A stretch of DNA of 64,000 nucleotides, taken from assembly GCA_008632985.1 (NCBI GenBank), contig QPGO01000034.1:201311-265310 (forward strand), read 5' to 3'. Under the pieces are notes generated by a model. That model searched no databases. It was not told the DNA's origin and was given only the letters and a program-made list of their open reading frames with translations. Position 1 is the first letter of the stretch, and every line of letters starts with the position of its first letter. A program made the translations under genes and the position numbers. Shown here piece by piece: positions 60,010-64,000 of this stretch. The DNA comes from Psammoneis japonica (taxonomy: Eukaryota).

Positions 60010-63000
60010 TTACTCTGCGACAGTAAATCTAGAGACAACATTTTCCTCGTCGTTCATGAATTCCCGAACAATTGATCGAGGTGTTCTGTTGGCATCTAGG
60101 TCGGGGTCAAAGAACTCCTCAACGCCAACACATTCAACTGCCTGACATCGGTCGCCAGCATTCATGACAACATCATCCAACAATTTGTAGAGAACATTGC
60201 ACGCATTAGATTCCTCGGCTTCAAAATCCTCGCTTACAAAATGAGGAACCATACATCGTAACAACTCAACGTCCACTTGCAGTTGTCGATATCCACTGCA
60301 TGAAAAGGTGCAATTACGCGCCACCTCCGCCATTGCCTTGAATGCAACTTTGAACAGGATAGTCAAAACCGCGTTGCGGGAGAATTCCATGAAGATCGAC
60401 GGACAAGGATAGATCGCAACCTTTTCCGCGAACATTCGTGCTACGTCTAGCTGCAGAGACGAGAAATGACCACCAACACTAGATGATCCGGTAATATTTC
60501 GTTTCAGAGGCGACATATTCATGTCATCTTCAAGAAGCTCCGGCACAGGTCCGGCTCGCTTCTCGCCTCCAAAAACATTGGAGCAGTCAGAAGACGCGAC
60601 CTTAGCAAATTCCAACATCTGCCACGCTGCCGCTCGCGGGCTCTAGGTATGAGATCCCCATCGGTACATGCCATGGCAAACATTCCCTCACAACCAACAG
60701 AAGCAGCTGAGATTCCTTGACTCACGGCATAGAATGCAAGAACTCTCGATCCCGCCAAACGAAACCTTACGGACACGCTCGGTTCATCGTCTATATCGCC
60801 GGGCTGAGACTTAGACTGGTCAGCCGACGCAAAGATGCCAGTTGACTTCGCCTTTTTCCCAACGCCGTCAATGGATTGATTGATGTTATCCATCACATTG
60901 CGTTCGGCGAGACGACACATTTCTGCAATAGCAAGGACCAAGTCGGACATCCCAGAAATCGATCGCTTGTCTTCCATCTCTAAGAGGATTTCACTGAGAG
61001 TGGAATCAACGCTCGCGGACACTTCGTCATTCTGATTCGCATAGTCTCCAAAGTCGTCGCCTTTCGAATCGATATCCCCCTTGTATGGTCTTCAACTTCA
61101 TCAAAGGCTATGTCGTTACTGCCAGTTTCAGATTCATCCATAGAATTCGTTACTTCCACCATTGATTGGGGATCACTATTTTCGCACCCAGCAAGTACCT
61201 CTAAGGTTGATGCCAACCACAGTGCAAACTGACGGGCGCTTGACCCAACCGCAACTTTCACCAAGTCTACTGAAGTCGCCGAAGAGCCGACCACGACACC
61301 GCCTGACAGAATACCACGAACAACATCATCGACAAGTTGCATTCCATCAGAAAGCGCCACACTTGCAATTTGGACCACTTCAACGACTTTGATTTCGTCG
61401 TCATCGCCGCCGCTGGTCGGCATGGCCAGGGCCTCGCTTGCAAAGGGGCCAAGACAATCCTTGAGAACACGGATCCGAAGTCTTACAAATTCTTGCGCTA
61501 CTCTCCTTCGAACCATTGCCTCCGTAATTTCCACGGTTTGATCAACAAGACTTGATGCAACCTCCATGTCGACACCAACTTCCGGGAGTGCCAGTCCTGA
61601 TGCCAATCCACGCACGGAACGAAGGAGATGAGCCATTGCAGCTGATACCTCACCATAGGCATCTTCCTCATCCACTGCATCCGGTTCTGTGGATTCGTCT
61701 ACGCCCTCGCCCATGCCAGTGGCATTGTCAGCCATATGTTGCTCTAAAAGAATCATACGTACATGACCGAGAAACGTAGAAAATGCTTCCAACACAAAAT
61801 CAACAATCCGAGAACGATCCTTGACATCCAGTCCTGTATCAACATCATTGGAGAAGCTCATTCCGTATAGAGTAGCAGCTTCTAATAGACTGTCCAAGAA
61901 GGTCGCTGGGATAAGATTGTGCCCTTTTGTATTTTCTTTCGTTCCATCGTCAGGAGAAGGAGGTCCAATTCCGCTGAGCGCCGCTGCGTTAAAGGTAGGG
62001 GTTGCTCCAACCGAGGCTGCGGCGAACTTTGCTTCTTGAACATCAATGTGGTGAGAATCCAGAATACGATCCAGCAGTCTCAAAGATGATCCCAACGCCA
62101 TAGATTTACAGTCTTCCGCTGAAATGCCCGAGTCAAAAGAGGTGTGATCCTTCTCCTCTGCAGAATCTTTGGGCGGCAGTAGCATCACAAGAGTGCCCGC
62201 GCACTCGAAAATCTCCGACACTGTTTGTGGAGGCTCAGGAGGTGGAACCCATCCAGAAGACACTTCTTCCGTTTTCTCTTTGCCGTCTTCATCGTCCTCA
62301 TCGATAAAGTCATCCCTTCGACCGCTCCAGTAGAGAACCTTTCGTTTTAAGACTCTGACCATGTCAGTCAAAATCGCATGGCATTCGGTTTCAATACTCT
62401 TGAGACTTTCAAACCCGGACGAGTGCTTGCGGAGGATAGACGAAGCAGAAAGATAACTCTTGGCAGCCAAGCGGTACTTTCCGTTTGAGACGTGCTGCTT
62501 TAGCGTCGTGGGAAGCTTGAGCAGAGTGTCAAGTCTTGTCAAGAGTCGTTTGACGCGAAGCTTCTCGGCAACGGCATCACGAAGCGATCCAATGCTTTCC
62601 TCCACGGATCGTGTCTGATCATCAATGGTCTGCATACCACGAGAGAGCCTTGCTAGGCCATCTTCGTTGGCGGTTACTGAAACACCGATAGATCGAATGG
62701 CATCGGTAGCGTCAATAAATTTTGAGTAGTTCTCATACACTAATGTCTGCATCGTGCTGTCGAGCGTTCGAACATCCAGAGCTGTGCAAATATCGGGAGC
62801 GAATGAAAGACATATGAGCATAGTATCGTGTATCGTGTGTAATAAACAAAGCGTTTCTTCAACTGACAGGACGAAACTCACCCAACTGTTCTTCGGTTTC
62901 CAACAACGTGTGCACCGATGACCCGACAATGTGTCGTGAAGTGTGGCTTTCGGCGTCAAAGTACGGTGAATCCAAATCATCATTTCCCTTCGAAACACGC

Positions 63001-63266
63001 GATGAAGAATCTAGCATGGAAGCGTCTGGCTTGGACCCGTCGGAAGAGGAAGAAGACGAGGAATCATCGTCTCTGTCGTCGCTCGCTGCTGCCGTCTTGC
63101 CATAAAAGCTTTCCAGTAGCTTTTTTCGAATAAGCGCCTCTCGATCCTGAATTCCTGTACCGGAGCTCCCCCCTCCTATTGTTAAGTATTCATCGTCAGA
63201 TGATGACGAAGACGATGATGAAAGCGAGTCGACGTCGTCCGCGACATCTGGATTTGCGAGGGCCAT
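60010..63266 (-). CDS. VPS51: Vps51/Ang2 (GARP/EARP subunit); intron 62881..62782; two apparent 1-nt frameshifts
   Basis: LLESFYG, DLDSPYFDAE, VRTLDSTMQTLVYENYSKFIDATDAIR, LQLDVARMFAEKV, FSCSGYRQLQVDV. Confidence 0.9.
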
Positions 63267-63439
63267 GGCGAGCAAGCTGAAAGCGTTGTGCACTAAAAAA
63301 AATAAAAATAAATATCTTGTTTATCAGATGCCTTGCCGTCGTCCGTCGCTCGCGCATCACACACCAATAAACTCCAAAACACCGAAAACACACAAAAAAA
63401 AAACCACTCAAACAACACGCAACGAACAAAAGGGCAACC

Positions 63440-64000
63440 ATGAGCTCCGAAGCATCTGAACTACAGCACGCAGACCCGATAGACAGCGACGTTGCTGCGA
63501 AGGACATTACCTCACAGAATCTCGCTGACGCTAATGTCATACCTGAAAAAGAAGAGCTTCAGATTGACACGGTAGATGCGAGGGAAACCGCCTCTAAAAA
63601 CACCTCTGTCAACACAGCACGAGATGATTCATTTGCACGTACGTGGGACAGCACTAGTCGGAAAGTGATTGTATACAAAGTTCTCAAGTTTCTAGGAACC
63701 AAGGATGCACCTAAACTTGTTGATTCGTGGTTGGCGAAATTGTCGGATCCCAAAAGCATCAGGGTCGACAAACTCAAGAAGCCGCCGAACAAAAGCTGGA
63801 TGACTATTACTTTGGAACTAGATTCTATGGTACAGCCTTTTTTGGATTTAATTAACAGCGGAAACTTCACTAATTCGCGTGGGGAAGCACTCTTTGCGAA
63901 ACGAGCCGACGAGGGGGGGATGAACGACAGAGGAAACAAACGTAAGAATGCCGATGAGAGAATGCCAAATCGTGTCAAGAAGCAGAAGCAAGCACACGAC
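63440..64000 (+). CDS. 5' part of a gene running off the window; possibly TRMT2A-like tRNA methyltransferase N-terminus
   Basis: Open frame from ATG 63440 to the window end (MSSEASELQH..RKVIVYKVLKF..KLKKPPNKSWMTITL). Product is a weak guess from an RRM-like pattern. Confidence 0.55.
   Translation, partial: MSSEASELQHADPIDSDVAAKDITSQNLADANVIPEKEELQIDTVDARETASKNTSVNTARDDSFARTWDSTSRKVIVYKVLKFLGTKDAPKLVDSWLAKLSDPKSIRVDKLKKPPNKSWMTITLELDSMVQPFLDLINSGNFTNSRGEALFAKRADEGGMNDRGNKRKNADERMPNRVKKQKQAHD

Overview
Eukaryotic nuclear DNA, most likely a pennate diatom (short GT-AG introns, DUF6824-type genes, CoDi-like Copia, bipartite plastid presequence). Compact gene blocks (about 1.6-2.4, 19.8-40.2 and 54.6-64 kb) encode an HMG-box protein, PP2A scaffold subunit, two DUF6824-type paralogues, a CobW GTPase, a CaMKK-like kinase, a POT transporter, CstF-77, SRR1, Beclin/Atg6, a PPR protein and Vps51. 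They alternate with decayed repeat domains (about 2.5-19.6, 41.1-54.5 and 58.2-59.4 kb). The most striking signal is in those domains: both CpG and TpA have been converted to TpG/CpA. Conserved Tyr codons of Copia and Penelope proteins read Cys/His, surviving TA is mostly in YTAR context, and one target-site duplication reads TATGC/TGTGC. This points to a repeat-targeted, DNA-level A-to-G hypermutation at TAY: RIP-like, but on adenine. Other notable items are two unrelated miniature LTR elements (TRIM-like) carrying tRNA-type A/B boxes, an apparently endonuclease-less Penelope-like element with hammerhead ribozymes in (GA)n-bounded terminal repeats, and TAG/TAC-rich islands with a GGCC(Y)TAC motif in promoter regions. 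All composition statements are by eye, not computed.
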